Assembly (NCBI RefSeq): GCF_964204645.1
Contig: NC_134026.1
Coordinates: 18,820,150-18,884,149, forward strand
From: Tubulanus polymorphus
Taxonomy: Eukaryota > Animalia > Nemertea
Direction: 5' to 3'
DNA length: 64,000 nt
The notes beneath the pieces were generated by a model that worked only from the letters and a program-made list of their open reading frames with translations, was not told where the DNA came from and did no database searches. Numbering within the stretch: the first letter of the stretch is position 1; every line of letters begins with the position of its first letter. Positions 62,217 through 64,000 of the stretch are shown here, piece by piece. A program made the position numbers and the translations under genes.

Positions 62217-62662
62217 AAGCACTTGTACAGGTGCCATAATAGTGTACTGTATCGATTATCCGTCGGGCGGAACCTGGAAAATTATAGTCTTGTGGTTGGA
62301 AAGCCAAATTGTCGCTCACTAGAATACGTAGGGCACGCGCGACAAAAAATTCTGTTATTCTGTAATTTTGACCGCTGATCACAAAACTATATCTGTACGT
62401 CGATTTCCGATTTCAAAATCAAACTGGAGTACATTAAGCACTTGTACAGTTTGCAGGTGCCATGATATTGTACTGTATCGATTATTTGTCAGGCAGAACC
62501 TGGAAAATTAGTCTTGTGGTTGGAAAAATTATCAAGCACTTAAAAGCGAAATTGTGGCTCATTTTGCTCATTACAATACATAGGGAAGGCGCAACAAAAA
62601 TTCTGTAATTTTGTCTGCTGATCACACAACTATATCTGTGATTTCCGATTTCAAAATCAAAA
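62217..62662. repeat. Diverged ~220-bp tandem duplication within an interspersed repeat
   Basis: AAGCACTTGTACAG...GATTTCCGATTTCAAAATCAAA occurs twice (from ~62217 and ~62437). Confidence 0.75.
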
Positions 62663-64000
62663 CCCCTGTTTCGCTCCCGGCAGGTGGGATGGGTTTGAAA
62701 GGGACACCAAATAAAAAGAAAAAAACAAAATGAAATCTACCAATTAAATAGATAACGGGTCCATCCCTATTTCAAGATTCTAAAAACCCAGTTATCCTGC
62801 CAGAGGGCGTGGTGAGTTTAATTGGTGATAAAGCGAAATTACGTCTCTTTTCTTTGTTTTAAGTTTTGAACATAAAATTTTAGGTAACGCTCCATTTCTT
62901 TCAGCATGTCAAGCACTCATCATTAAGGAGTTTTCTATGTTGAGTGTGTGCATGTTGTAAGTCGAGTGATCGTTGTTCGAACGCCAGTTATATGTTCTAA
63001 GTGTATATATCGGAACTGTATATTTCGATATTACATGTTCAGCGTAATCTAAAGAACGCGTTCAGGTTTCGAGATTTTTGAATGACGGGTGTTTTGGTTT
63101 ATATCGTCCGAATTGCTAGGTTTAGAAAATCACCGGTAAGTTTTTCGAAGATAAAGGAATGTATTTGGTGGCAAATTATTTGCATGTGTGATTCTTGTTG
63201 CATAATTTCGTAGGCGATCATCTCAAATTCTCAATTGAATTCAGATAATGTTCATTTTTTAGTTGCCTAGCAGTGGGTTGAAATTTAATCGGTATCAATT
63301 TGTTTAACCCTACAGTCAGACATACATAACTCCTGAAATCTAATTAAACTACTTACAAACTTAGTAGCTTAGACAGATATGGTTGCAGGTGCTTAGGATG
63401 TTTCTATTGGCCTTGAGTGGTTTCAAGGGAACTTGTACCTCTTTAAAAAAAGTTACGGACAAGATTACAGCTCCCAGGTGTGGCTAATGCCAGATATAAT
63501 CTAAGCATGTTACGCAGACACATGGAGAGAAGGAGAGTAAAGAGAGCGGAAGACTAGCATTCAAACAGCACTAGAAAATGCTTTCCTGGTCTGTTTTGTG
63601 ATTGTGCATAGTTCCAAAAGCGAGAAACAGTTAATTGAAATACAGGCTGATATTCCATGAGGTTGAAATCGAAGTACAGTTTTCATGGATCATTTCTACC
63701 AAATGCAGACTTATTTTTTGAGAAGGAATTTAAAATATGATGTGGATAATGCTCATATACTCAGGGTGATATTGCGCTTGGCTTTGTAGTTTCTAAGCAT
63801 AAGACATTATTGTAGTTTCGATAATGAGCATTTTGAGTTTTCTATTACTCCTCGAATACATTATGCTGAAATTTAGATACAAGAAAAAGGTATCGTTCAG
63901 CCACGTCATCGCAGTTTCTTGCGTGAAATTTATCATCGTCTAAAATTTCATGTACGTTCGTCTGAATTTCAGGGCACGGACAGTTTGTTAGATTCCATGG

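Overview
AT-rich, repeat-dense eukaryotic DNA. The gene and repeat types suggest a marine invertebrate, possibly a lophotrochozoan (inference only). Two host genes are well supported. (1) A 9-coding-exon Cys-loop anion-channel subunit of GlyR/GluCl type (+, 11661-20106, 410 aa when spliced by hand), with unusual M2 pore and ligand-loop residues. (2) A secreted arylsulfatase B/I/J-like gene with an intronless CDS (+, 28381-29835). The rest is mostly transposon debris: a 5'-truncated RTE-X-like LINE, RTE-BovB and L2 3' ends, a Penelope-like element with inverted ends and hammerhead-like relics, a decayed Gypsy pol, Helentron-associated (DINE/HINE-type) elements carrying ~154-bp tandem repeats, tRNA-derived SINEs, many MITEs and an (AT)n microsatellite. 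The most unusual item is a three-copy family of TIR elements with 9-bp TSDs whose arms carry outward-facing tRNA-like Pol III box motifs. All coordinates were read by eye; no database searches were run.
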